A stretch of 64,000 bases of DNA, taken from positions 223,448,001-223,512,000 of the forward strand of contig OZ024740.1 of NCBI GenBank assembly GCA_964016885.1, read 5' to 3'. The notes under the pieces were generated by a model. It saw only the letters and a program-made list of their open reading frames with translations, ran no database searches and had not been told where the DNA came from. The DNA comes from Eledone cirrhosa. Its lineage: Eukaryota. Made by a program: the position numbers and the translations under genes. Shown here piece by piece: positions 14,121-26,915 of the stretch (position 1 is the stretch's first letter; each line of letters starts with the position of its first letter).

Positions 14121-15601
14121 AGAATTTACATTTTGAATATTAAGTACCTAATCAGTGTAATCATACCCATCAACATTCTCACTGTTAAACTACAACATAA
14201 TCTGCATTAAATTGTAATTTACAGATTTACTAAAAATATCCTCATGTAAATAAAAAACAATTTAGAATTCTTTATTTGTTTTCATTTATATTTAATATAA
14301 AAGTTATTTTAATTGTGAAGCAGTTTTGTCTTACATATACGATTTCACATTGATTGGAAAGTAATGTATTTTTCTAAGATTTGGGAGCCAGAAGAAAATA
14401 GTAATATTTGTACATATTTGTTTAACAATACGGCAGTATAGTATGACATACTACTACATACACCTCTTGTGATATAAATACCACAAATGCAGTCTCTTAT
14501 TCTTCTCACCCCCACCACTATACACACATGCATGAATAACGTTTCTCTCTTACGTTACCCTTGTAACTATAAACATGTTATAGCTGGAGAAAACCATAAA
14601 TTAGCAAGTGCCAGATCATTAAACATAAGTTATGTCTGGCACAGCTAACACTTGGATGGATAATAGTGGGAAAAGAGCAGATGAATATGAATAAGTCATT
14701 GCAACAAATTCTCTCCAGATTAGAAGAGCTGCCCTTAGCCTCAGACTATAAATTGAGCTTTAAGTAAAACGTGGCTGAAATAATTTGTATTGCAATAGTT
14801 TATTGAATATATATCATTGCAAGCTTGTATCTTCAGGAAATAAATATCTTCAACAAACTACCGACTACAGCCAGCATTTAATTTTCCCCAACCATCTCAT
14901 TCTACTGTGTGTCTATGCTTTTATCAGAACACTGTTGTGGTTGTTACTGAATGATGTTTTACTATCAATTGCCATAGATTGATGACCACAACAGAACAAT
15001 AGAGATTTTGTGGGTTGAACATTCACCATTTAAACTTCTTTCAGTTTTTGATACTACTGTGTATGCACATTTAAATAGGTACACCATATCTTTTTGTGTT
15101 GTTGACAACTAAGTGAGTTGGCAACAACATTATCTCAAAAAGAAACCCATTGATGAGTATGCTGATTCCCATAATGATAAACCCTGCCTTAGCAGGGAAA
15201 TGACTTTAAAATGCTTGTTGTGTATATTATAATTCGTAGAAACAATAATTATTAATACTTTGTATTACTGTTATATAGATGGAAGTGAATTGGCAGAATC
15301 ATTAGAGAGTCAGACAAAATACTATGCAGTGTTTGGTTACCTTCTGAGCTGAAGTCCGCTTTCATCCTGCTGTCATATTGCTAGGAGTCAATAAAATAAA
15401 GTACCAGTTATGTACTTCTGTCAATATGATTGACTTTCCTCTCCCTTCAAAATTATTGGATTTGCATCTAGATTCAAAATCATAATTCTTATATATATTT
15501 GTATTTAATGAATAATCATATTTGGGTTTTATAGTTTGGTTTTGTGCATATCTTATTGTTTTGATTTTTTTAATTAAATTAATAGATGCATATGTATGAA
15601 C

Positions 15602-15900
15602 AGGTGAAGGTGTATGGCTTAGTGGACTTGCAATTGTATGGTTGCGAGTTTGATTCTCAGAACAGGTTATGCCTTGTTTCCTTGAGCAAGACACTTTATT
15701 CCACATTGTTCCAGTTCACTCAGCTGTATTGGCCTTAGCCTTTCCCTTGGACAACATCGGTAGCATGGAGAGGGGAGACTGATATACATGGATGTGTGGT
15801 GGTCTTCTACGAACAAACTTGCCCAGACTTGCACCTCAGAGGAGAGCTTTCTATGTGTAAATCTCATGGTTATTCATGACTGAAAGGGGTCTTTATCCTT
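15602..15900 (+). mobile_element. tRNA-derived SINE family 2 (CORE-like TCCTTGAGCAAGACACTT)
   Basis: A-box-like TGGCTTAGTGG and B-box-like GAGTTTGATTC; related copies at ~16925-17035 (+), 24282-24540 (+) and 26315-26450 (-). Confidence 0.6.
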
Positions 15901-17544
15901 TATGTATGAACAAGTACCTCCTATTTATTTTATTGTTCATGTCTTGATATTATGTGTATATAGAGATTGTCTCTGCAAAGCTGCTGTGATGGCAATGATA
16001 ATTTTCTTTGACTACATTTATTTCATCAATTTTACAACCATATCTATTACAATGGAGATTGGTTCTGCTTCTAATCTCCATGTTCAACTTTTCAGACTTC
16101 AATATAATGTACTTTTAGATTATTATTATATGTTTAGATTTTTAGAAAAAATACTTTGATTTGCTACAATTGAAATATTGATCAGAATACTAATGTCAGA
16201 AGAGTCTGTTATTATTTCACTGCTAATATGAACTGACATGCTTAGAATGTCCACTTTGTCATATATATATACCCCCATACATACACAACTAAAAGTGATT
16301 TTATATATAATATATATATATATATATATTACTTTTAGTTGCATATATATATCTCCCCTTTATCGATTTGCTACTATTAAAAAGGTTTCTCATGTCAAAA
16401 GCTTCCAACAGTTTGTTTATATATTCAGTTATGGCTCCCACTCAGAAGTTCAGAAACAATGTGATTGATTATCTGTATAGTCACAACGTTTTCAGCAGTG
16501 ATTTTTAAACGTTATTTTATTATATGTTATTTTTGTTAATTCCTCTTATGGAAGCTTTTGATCTTGTGTAACTAACTTTAGTCTCAAATTTCTGTCCTGC
16601 TTTTAAGCAAGCATTCAACCATGTCTTGATATCCTAGTCTATTCAATATGGCATTTATTGTTATTATTAATACTTTTATACTCTATCATGCATAGAGTCA
16701 AATGCATTAAGGTGTTTAGTTTTATCAATTTAACCTCCTAAATTCAAATCATGTTACTAAGACTGTTCAGTTACTTAGTCAATCAGTTGTCAGTTTGCAA
16801 ATGCAAAACCTAGTTCTCTGTCATATCTACCTTTCTTGTAGCATAAAGGTTTAGTCCATAATACTATATATTTGACCACTTACTGATACATTTAGAAATT
16901 TATAGGTTATGGAGTCATTATGATGCTGGTCTAGCAATTAGGGTGTTGAACTCATGATAAGGTCATGTGTTTGATTCCTGGACTGGATGGCATGTTGTGC
17001 TCTGGAGCAAAATACTTTATTTTGTGTTGCTCCTTCTGCCAGAAGTTGTGACTGGTAGATAGTATCAGTAATGGAAAGACCAACCTCATGGTCTGATCTG
17101 ATTATTGGCTCAATGATTCTGCAAATTCAAATGTTTAACCCTTTCATTAACCTATTAATTAATGAAAGGCAGTGAGTATGATTTTCAAATAGTTTTGAAA
17201 ATAATTAAGAATTTGACTGAATTATGTAATATAACTGGTGTTTGAAATACTAAAGGTTCTTACATAAAATTGTGATGGAGGGTTTTTAGATAAATTTAAG
17301 CAAGTTAAAACATTTTGTATGGCAGAACCAGAGGTGATTTCAGATGGTTTTTGTATCAAAAAGATTAAAAAGTGTGTTTCCATGCCTGACAGTCAGCTTT
17401 ATTTGCTTGCTCATTCATTAATATATTAAAACTTAAGAATGGGTATGTGTGTACCATATATGATTTCTTCAGCTAGATATTGTAAATATTAAAATTCTGA
17501 GGTATTTTCTATTTGCACTTTTCAAATCATGTTATTTGAAGAAT

Positions 17545-18050
17545 TAGATAAATTGCATTTGGTAATCATAAGGGAGGGAAGTGTAAAATCCAAATTTGCT
17601 ATCTTGAATCCGGTATTCATGCCCAACCTTACTTATTGTCCTGAATCTTGGGTAATGAGTGAAAATAATAGGGGTCACATATTACAAGCAGCTGTAATGT
17701 GGTTTCTCTGAAGGGTCTTTGGAGTAATGTTACTCAATAGAGTGCAAAGCCTAGAGATATTTGTTCTAGATAAAGCCACGACTACTCTAAATTGAGAGAT
17801 CCCAGCCCCAACACTATGGGCATGTAGTTAAAATGTCTCAGGAATGAATTGCTGTCTGGCCTGATTTTATGGGAAAAACCAGCAGGCAAGAGAGCCAAAT
17901 ATTTGTATAACATCTATGCTCAGCTGGTCTTGCTTAGAGGATCCAGCCTGACCAATTGGAGACATGTTTGCTTCTGATAAAACCCACTGGAAAGCATGTT
18001 TGAGGACTCTGCACATCGACCCTATCAGGAATATAAGTAGACAAAGAAGG
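17545..18050 (+). mobile_element. RTE-clade (Rex3/Expander-like) LINE 3' fragment
   Basis: KSKFAILNPVFMPNLTYCPESWVMSE...QAAVMWFL*RVFGVMLLNRV, later IERSQ..YGHV..M; homologous to 53283-54215. Confidence 0.75.
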
Positions 18051-18441
18051 AGGAAAATAAAAATAAGATGCTTTGCGGTATTTAGTTGCAGCCAGTTCAA
18101 ATATTGTTAGTCAACTTTGCCTTTGAGCTTTACAGAGTCAACGAAATAAGTACCATTCAAGTACTAGGATTTCTGTAATTGATTTTAACTCAAAATGTGT
18201 GGCTTTTCTTCCCAAATTAGAAATTATTAGGTTTAACATTCATTTCAATTTGTAACAAAAAGGCATTTTAGTAACTAGGGTTATGCTAAGATCAGAAACA
18301 AGAGAGGTAGATGCTCTAAACCATCATTTCCATGGAAACTGAGACGTAGGAGAGGAACATCCCTTTTCATCCCCTCTCCTGTCTTATCACTGATTTCAAC
18401 ATGAATCTTTTCTGTTCCTTTGCATGTGTTTCAATCCCATT

Positions 18442-18627
18442 GGTGGATTGGCAGTATTGGTAGAGGGTCGGACGCCATGCTTTCCAGCATAGTTACGTCC
18501 CTTTACGATCTGAGTTCAAATCCCGCCGAGGTTGACTTTGCTTTCATCCTTACAGGGTCGATAAAATAAAGTACCAGTAATGCACTGGGTTATTGCTGGC
18601 CTTGTGCCTAAAGTAGAAACAACTATT
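18442..18627 (+). mobile_element. tRNA-derived SINE family 1, full length
   Basis: A-box-like TGGCAGTATTGG, B-box GAGTTCAAATCC, conserved central domain and AT-rich tail. Confidence 0.9.
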
Positions 18628-19369
18628 TCTCATTTGGTTTTCCATGCTGACATGTTGGATGAAAGATTTAGGAAATTGTGTATGATATCTTCATTTTACA
18701 GTTATGAATTGGCACAGTTATTAGAACACTAGACAAAAAATGGTTTGCCTAAATTGTCCTCTCTATTTGGAATATAAATTCTATCAAGTTCTACTTAGCC
18801 TTTTATCCTTTCAGAGTCAATAAAAGAAAATACCAATCCATAGTTACAGATTAGAATTATTTGAGCATTGGAAAAATCCCTTGCAGTGTTTGTGCCAACT
18901 ATGGTAAGATGTTAGTGATAAAACAGTTGATGAAAATGCTCTATCAGTCAAGTAGACCTCACTAGTATTTGAACTCTGAAGGCAATGAGCTGGAACAAAT
19001 ACTGAAAGGAATCTCAACTGACTAACAATTCATTAAATCCTCTGGCATGTATGGATACTTATTCAATTCAGTGGAATAATTTCCAAATATTATTATGCAG
19101 TAATCTCATATAACATACTTGTTGAGGGAGTCAAATGCTTTAGATAAGTGATTTTGAATTTACTCAATCAACCTTTGCAAGGTTAAAATTTGGCCAGAGG
19201 AGAGGGCCAAGGACAGGCTGCAATCGATTCAATATGCAGCAAATATAGTCTATAGTGAACAGATTAGGAATCCTATCATAATTATCTTCATTTATTAATC
19301 TCTGACTTAATTGGTTAAGTCATTATGGGAACAATGACAACTACTATGCGAGAGTGAGAAAGCAAGTGA

Positions 19370-19670
19370 GTGAGAGAGATAGAAAGTGAGTGAGAGAGAG
19401 CAAGCAAGATTGAGAAAGCAACTGAGTGAGAGGGAGTGAGGGAGAGTGACAGATAGTAAGTGAGCATGAGTGAGATTGAGCTAAAGAGTGTCAGTTAGCT
19501 TGGGAGCAAGCGAGCTAGGGTGTGAGCAAGTTAAGGAGCGAGCAAGTTAGGGAGTGAGTGAGTTAGGGAGTGAGCATGCCTAAGTGAGTGAGCATGTCAG
19601 AGCGAGTAAGTTTGAGTGAGTGAGTCAGAGCATCCAGAGTATGAGCAACCAAGTGAGTCAGAGTAAGTGA
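19370..19670. repeat. Degenerate (GAGT/GAGC)n simple repeat
   Basis: Direct reading. Confidence 0.7.
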
Positions 19671-19744
19671 CTATGTAACATTGAGTTGGTGCAAAAGATA
19701 TTGGATAAATTTGAAATGTTCTCGTCCCAATGTAAATTGCTATA

Positions 19745-19923
19745 AATAATTGTTTCTACTTTAGGCACAAGGCCAGCAATTACCCAGTACATTACTTATC
19801 GACCCCGTAAGGATGAAAGGCAAAGTTAACCTTGGCGGGATTTGAACTCAGACCGTAAAGGGACGTAACTATGCTAGAAAGCATGACGTCCAACCCTCTA
19901 CCGATACTGCCAATTCACCGCCT
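19745..19923 (-). mobile_element. tRNA-derived SINE family 1, full length with TSD
   Basis: Reverse complement of the 18442 copy; flanking direct repeat AATTGCTATAAATAAT. Confidence 0.9.
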
Positions 19924-22900
19924 TAATTGCTATAAATAATAACTGAGAAAACGTAAGAAGGGAGAATAGAGGAAAATAGGCCAGACAGTGTGATGTCTAT
20001 TATAAGATAGTTTTAAAAGAAAAAGCTCGTATGACTACGTCTTTAGAATATAAATTCAAAATAGGGAGTGTACAAGACAAGGACAATGGAAAAAAAAGGA
20101 AAGAGACAGTCTCATCTCCTCAGTTAACCTCTGGAAATCACTATGGATTTGGTACACTAAGTTGATACCATTCATTCCAGCACACATTGGGACACAACAA
20201 AACAGGCAGTGACAAGTTATACCTGTAGGGAAAATTACACAAATATAGTGTGGAAAGGCTTAGCAAAAGGAGTAAAATATAGAAAGAAGAGAAACAAACA
20301 CATATGTAGTACATGCACAGAAAAAATAATTGCCATTTTTTTTCTGCTACCATTTAGTGATGGATAATGGTTGTCAAAGCACTAGAACCATTCACTCAAC
20401 ACATGCTAGTATGGGTTGGATATGTCAATGTCTGAGTCCCAATTTGGAGTTTCTCTCCTAGACAGGCCATATTCCAATTTTAGCAAGGTTTCTATAGCTG
20501 GATGCTCTTCTGAACAACTGCTTTACATAATATACTGGGTACAGTATTATGGCACTTGCACTAGTGACGTTGTCATGATAAGAATTCTTAGTAAGAGAAA
20601 TTTTCACTTATTACATTGATATGATGCTTTTAAATCTTTATTTTGTATCATGATTCTCGTGGTATCAGCAACATATCATCATCATTTAACATTTATTTTT
20701 CCAGGTTAGATAAGTTGTCATATGAGAAGCTAGATCAGATGACCATGTTTTGCTCATACAGAAATCTTTTGGCTTGGTTTCTGTGGCTGGATGCACTTCC
20801 TAATGCCAAACACATTTACAGTGTGGATTGGATGCTTTTTGACATGTCACCTACATGAGCACATTACAGGTGAGGTGAGAATATTTTAATTTTTCAGGTG
20901 CCCATAACATATGTTCAACAATTTGAAAATTTACCAGGTGTTTTATTATCTCAATCAATATACATAATATTTAGTTTTCATTCTGCTGCTTTGCCACACA
21001 ACATGTCAATTGTTATGTTTTTCCCAATAAATTCTTTGTTCCTCTAATAATAGATTTCAGTTTTCCAAATGCAAGTAAAATCAGTAAGAGAAGATAGATG
21101 TCAGAACAATATTGATGATCAGATAACTAACCTTAATCTGTTGTAATTTAGTATTCATGAATTCAAATCCCAATGAGGTCACTTTGCCTTTTATTTTTTT
21201 GGATTAATGAATTAGATTTAGTATTGTAGTGTGCAAGAGAGAAGACTGCATTGATATGGTAGTGTAATGCATGTGGATGATGAATTTGGAGGGAAGGAGT
21301 GCCAAGAAATAACAGAGAAATGGAGCTACAATAGAGGGAAACCAAGAAAGAACTGGGCAGAGGTTGTGAGAGCTGCTCACAAATCACTGGAGTTCACAAC
21401 CAGGTTGACAAAGGACTGCTGTGCTGGAAGAAATTCACAGACCCCTTGCAATAATGGAATAAATAGACATAAAATGACAAGGATGATAATGAAATTTAGT
21501 ACAATATAGAAAATTGGAAGAATTGTTAAAGTGCTGGAAAAGATACTTGGTGCTATTTTCTCAGGTTCTTTGTTTTTTGAGTTCTAATTTCGCTCTGACT
21601 TATTTGTGTAGTAGATTTAATCTATCATCCAGTTTATCATGACCACCTGGTCTTTAATTTGGTTAACTCTGTTGCAAGCATTCAAAATAAGAGTCACTGT
21701 CTTAAGGATATCTTTCCTTCCACTAGTCTCAGTGGGCATGAGAATGTCCAAGAGCACTACTAAACAATAAAAAAAGTATATGCTCTGCTTAAGTTACAGT
21801 AAGCCATAGAAGTGATCGACAAATGAAATTTATTGAAGTTTTGAGGTTAAACTATCTATTTCAAACATTTTGCTCACAGATTGGTGTTTCAAAACTTGTG
21901 GCTCTTGTTTTCAAGACGGTTCAGTATTTTGGCAGCAACATTATTCTATGTTTCAGAGATTTGTTTTGTTTTTGTAGGGTACATACATTCATAATACTTG
22001 ATAAGTCTTTTGTATTATATAACCACTCCAAGGTGCCATGACATCAATAAATTATCTTATTTACAAACATTATGACTTTCTTTAAGCTTATGTCTGTAAA
22101 TTCCACAACAATTGCCAATTCTTCTTCCTGTTACTATTATTATTATTAACATTATTATTGCTATTACCATTAAATGAAATATACAATGCAAGCCAACTGA
22201 GTTCATTAATTATTTCTTTTATCAGACTGAACAGTAGGAGAAAAGCAATATTTCAGAACTATTCAATCAGTCCCAGCAGGGAAACATTCTACGTAAAAAC
22301 AATAATAATAATGATAATTGATGCACTGATGGAAGTTTTGTTGATGAAAATACAGAACATATTAAAAACACACAAATTAAGTAGCTTTCAATTAAACAAC
22401 ATTAAATGACATTTACACAACTTACATATGATAAATACATAAATTCTCCTCCTTGTAATTCCTAATAAACATTTGTTTAAGTAACATAATAAATATTTAT
22501 TACACCAGCATATTAAGTAACAGAAACGTGTAATTAACACATTATCAAATATATTTCTCTAAACAATTACCAACGAAAATACATTTAATTAGCTTTTTGA
22601 AATATATTTATTGCTTGGCAACAATAAATAAATAAATATTTATCCATCTATACACATGTACAAACAAATACAAATGTATTGAGGAAATAACCAAGTGAAG
22701 TTAATACACTTTATGTTCATAGATAATCATAAAAGCACATGAAACTGAATATATCCTGTTGAACGATGCCTTCTGCTAAACTTATATATTATAGGCCCCT
22801 CTCAAGTTATGAATGACCATGGGTTTGCAACTATACAGTTTCCTTCACAGGCACAATCCCAAGCAAGGTGTTTTTGTGAAATCTCAGCAGTCACCTTTGC

Positions 22901-23511
22901 CTACCAGTTTCTATTGACACACCCAATGCAGTCTACGGAAAAGGCAAATGCATTTCTCAATTTGACAATTCTAGTTACAACCTTCTGATTGAGAGCCCAT
23001 TGGTCTAACCCCTAAGCCAGGAAACTATAGTGAACTTATTTACAGACATTAATGGATATCAGAACTTATGGGTAAAGAATTACGTCATAACTTTTCTTTC
23101 AAGAAATATTTGTCTTTTTCTTTAACAATTTTGCTAACATAATTCTAATGAAAGACAATGTCTACGATTTTCAAATGATTTTGGAAATAATCTAGAATTC
23201 TCATTGAGCTGGTGTTTCAAAAATAACATCTTTTTCATAAAATTTCATATATATATATATATATATAATTATTAAACGGAAAAAATGAAACGAAATTTCA
23301 TTTCCCACTCTAGTACGGCTGTTACTTAAATATAAGTATGTACACGTACATAGATATATGTATACAGACGTACAGTAGTATGTATATATATATATTCATA
23401 CATGCACACATATATATATATACGTATGGATTCACCAAACATTTATTATAACACCTCGTATTAAGCCGTAGTGTCTAGCTACCATCGTTGCTCGTTTGTT
23501 CAACACTGACA

Positions 23512-23566
23512 AAGGAACGCTGTACAAGTTTCAAGCTTATTAGTTATCGTCAGCAACGTATACCTT
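23512..23566 (-). ncRNA. Type I hammerhead ribozyme (slightly decayed)
   Basis: Minus strand: AAGG-TA-TACGTTG CTGACGA TAACT AATA AGCTT GAAA CTTG TA CAGCGTT-CCTT; one stem II mismatch, stem III no longer palindromic. Confidence 0.7.
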
Positions 23567-23735
23567 CCTGCCAGATTGTTGAACGTCTGAAAGTATATAC
23601 TTTCCTTATGCATATTAACGGCTGAGTAGCCCAATTTGCATATCGAGTGGGTTAATCGGCCGGGTGTACCGAAAACAATAAATGGAAAAAATGAAACGAA
23701 ATTTCATTTCCCACTACGTTCAACAATCTGGCAGG

Positions 23736-23790
23736 AAGGTATACGTTGCTGATGATAGCTAATAAGCTTGAAACTAGTACAGCGTTCCTT
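23736..23790 (+). ncRNA. Type I hammerhead ribozyme
   Basis: AAGG-TA-TACGTTG CTGATGA T AGCT AATA AGCT T GAAA CTAG TA CAGCGTT-CCTT; predicted cleavage after GUA (23779). Confidence 0.85.
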
Positions 23791-23991
23791 TGTCAGTGTT
23801 GAACAAACGAGCAACGATTGTTGCTAGACACTACGGCTTAATACAAACACACCGAGCATTATAATAAATGTTCGGTGAATCCATACGTACATATATATAT
23901 ATATACATACTACTGTACGTCTGTATACATATACGTATGTATGTGAACATACTTATATATATAATTATTATTATATATATATTATTATTAT

Positions 23992-24176
23992 GTGGATTGA
24001 CAGTATCGGTAGAGGGTCGGCCGCCATGCTTTCCTGCATAGTTACATCCTTTACAATCTGAGTTCAAATCCCGCTGAAGTTAACTTTGTCTTACATCCTT
24101 ACGGCGTCGATAAAATAAAGTACCAGTAATGTACTAGGTGATTGCTGGCCTTGTGCCAAAAGTATAGAAACAATTA
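23992..24176 (+). mobile_element. tRNA-derived SINE family 1
   Basis: Near-full-length match to the other copies. Confidence 0.88.
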
Positions 24177-25789
24177 TATATATATATATATAGTAGTTAT
24201 AGATAAGTCAAAATATCCAAGGTATATAACAACTCAAGTCTGTGGGGCGAGTTTGAATAATTATTAAGGCCAGTTACTCGTGGAGGCATGTGGCCTAGTG
24301 GTAAGGATGTGGGTTCGATTCCTGGGATGAGTTGTGTTTTGTGTTCTTCAGCAAAACAATTCATTTCAAGTTACTCCAGTATACCCAGCTGAAAATGACT
24401 ACCAGTAATAGCTGGGGGTTTAACAATGCAATGGCTTGGCATACTCCCCAGGTGGGAGTCTAGTACACTTAGTTGCTTCACACCATAAAACCAGGATAAG
24501 CACTGGCCTAATGAGCCTTCTGGCTTAAGACAGACTTTAGATCTTTAGTTACTACATTGATACCATACCAGGTATATACGTTTTGTTAGCCCTGAGGACC
24601 AACTTGATCAATGTGTGCCAATGAAAAGGAACCAGATCGTTTCTCTTGCTGGTATGAATAGCCATCAGTTGCTGACAATCTTGATGGTGGAACAGACAAT
24701 GTTCTCTAGACCTCTCCCAGGATTTGGGTGACTGGTGTTCTCCCTTTAATGGGTTGCTCAGTCACAAAAGACTCTGCTCAAGCCTGTTTCTATTCCAAAA
24801 ACTGAGAACACCATTAGATAAGCCTTAAGCCACCTGCATGTTAATTAACAACTGCATATGTCCAACTCGTTAGGTTTGTACACGTCACATCTTCCCTATC
24901 ACCAAAAGACTTTGAAGAGATATCTGCACAAAGATGTCAAAGCAGCATGTGCTTGTGTGACACAGATGCTCTCTAATTATCAACAGCCAGAATCCAATGA
25001 TGAGTAGATGCAAGATGATCGGTAGCTGTATCAACCACAGGTGTCTCAGAGTGTCCTTCATACACATTTTAAAATAAACTGTTTTATATTATAGAACTAG
25101 CAACAGTTTGAAGAAATTTAGTATCGAAAGAGTTAAGACTATAGAAATAAGATTTTAATGCTAATATTAGGAAAACACACACACACACAAACAAGAATGA
25201 TTAATAACAGAAGAAATTTGGTGTGTACAAATATACATTGGTCATATTTTTAGGACTATCAATATCTTCCTCAGGTTATAAATTCAATAATATAGGAGAA
25301 AAACTAGAACTAATAAATTCACCATAAAGCCTTACCTGAAGATATACATATCTATATACCTTTAGACATGTTTGTAGGTATGGATTTTTTTTTATTGAAT
25401 TCTCATATTTTTTCTCACATTGTATTTTTATCCTGAGGATATCTACGATATCATAATGGGGAAAAGAGGAAAAGAGGTAGAATGCTAAAGTAACCAAATG
25501 TATTTGTTATTGATACCAAGATGAAAGAAATGGTTGAGGAGAAAGTGTGGATTCTATATTGTCACAAGCACTAATTGTAAGAAAAATATTGAAATAAAAA
25601 AGCATAGAGTTGAAAAGCGTTAAACATATATGCAATGGGAGTCATGTGACTCAACATGGAATAATATGGCTTATATGGCAAAAATCCATGGATATAGGAA
25701 CTGAGGCCTTTCAAATTTTCAATTAGACTTTCTTGTAATTTTGATAGCTCTTCAACATTTTTGTTGCATCTTTTATGCACTTTACGATA

Positions 25790-26723
25790 TCTATATATCT
25801 AAAACAGAGAATGTCTGTCTGACTCCCTAAATCTCGAGAACCACCTAACCGATTGTTTTCAAACATTACACATGTAATACTTATGGTCGCGTGAGTGTTT
25901 TGAGCAAAAGATATTTTAAATTGTCAATGCCCTAGAGACGGCATTAGGCGATTTAGCGATCTTTATATAATTCTTAGTCTTTCTTTTTAGATAGATACAT
26001 AGATATAATGTTGCGCCCTTATAATATCTGTCTGTATGTCTGGCTGTCTGCATTACAACATTATGACGCTACACGTGTGTGTGGGTGTGTATATATGTAT
26101 ATACAGTCATCATCATCATCATCATCATTTTAACGTCCGCTTTTCCCTGCTTGCAAGGGTGGGACGGGAACTGATTCTGGCTTGATTTCTACAGCTGGAT
26201 GCCCTTCCTAACACCAACCTCATTTACAGTGAGTGCTGGGTGATTTTTTGCCGTGGCACCTCCACGACCACTTTGCAGTGGAATGATAGGGATCCCAGTC
26301 CCTATCATCTCATTTCTACAGCTGAGTAAACTGGAGCAATGTGAAATAAAGTGTCTTGCCCAAGGAAACAACACATCACCCAGTCTGAGAATTGAACTCA
26401 CAACCTTTCGATTGCAAGACCAATGCTCTAACCACTAAGCCATGTGCCTCCATAGCCATGTGCCTCCATAGTGTGTGTATATATACATATATAGATATAT
26501 ATAGTGTAACGTTTTTCAAAATATTTACTGCGTTCACAGATTGACTTTTTGAGTTTCAGAAGATCCCTTTAATCTGTTATTTTAATATATATATATAATT
26601 ATATATTCGTGTAGATATTTTTGCATACAAAATAACAAAATATAAACAAACGTATTTATTTCACGAGGCTCGATAAGGATAAATATATATCAAATCCCGA
26701 GCAATGCCGGACCATTCTGCTAG
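25790..26723 (+). mobile_element. Non-autonomous Helitron with nested SINEs
   Basis: A|TCTATATATCTAAAA 5' end; 3' hairpin CCCGAGCAATGCCGG then CTAG|T; SINE fragments nested at ~26108-26460. Confidence 0.7.
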
Positions 26724-26774
26724 TTTTTATTAAAGGGCATTAATTGCTTTTCTAGGTATGTATGAGATATATCA

Positions 26775-26915
26775 GAAAACCTTTTGTGCCACTCAAAGCG
26801 ATGAGAAGTACATTGTCTCATCTCTACAAACTTGCTGCAGTATTCCAAGTGCTTCTGATGGTGTTTTCTCCAGCTGTACCAGAAACCTCAGGTTAGTTTG
26901 TTGCTCTTTGCCCAT
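26775..26915 (-). pseudogene. mariner transposase N-terminal fragment
   Basis: MGKEQQTNLRFLVQLEKTPSEALGILQQVCRDETM...FEWHKRF resembles the mariner N-terminal HTH (EQR.NIKF...VFEWHKRF). Confidence 0.65.

Larger units (their letters stand above)
23278..23958. mobile_element. Retrozyme-like hammerhead repeat: 406-bp monomer with terminal redundancy (-) plus an inverted partial copy (+)
   Basis: 32-bp direct repeat 23278-23309/23684-23715; inverted arms ~23330-23586 and 23716-23958, each carrying an HHR; (TA)n on both sides. Confidence 0.8.

Noticed and set aside
18442-18530. tRNA genes at SINE heads
   Set aside because: A/B boxes are present but there is no cloverleaf, and each continues into the SINE body.
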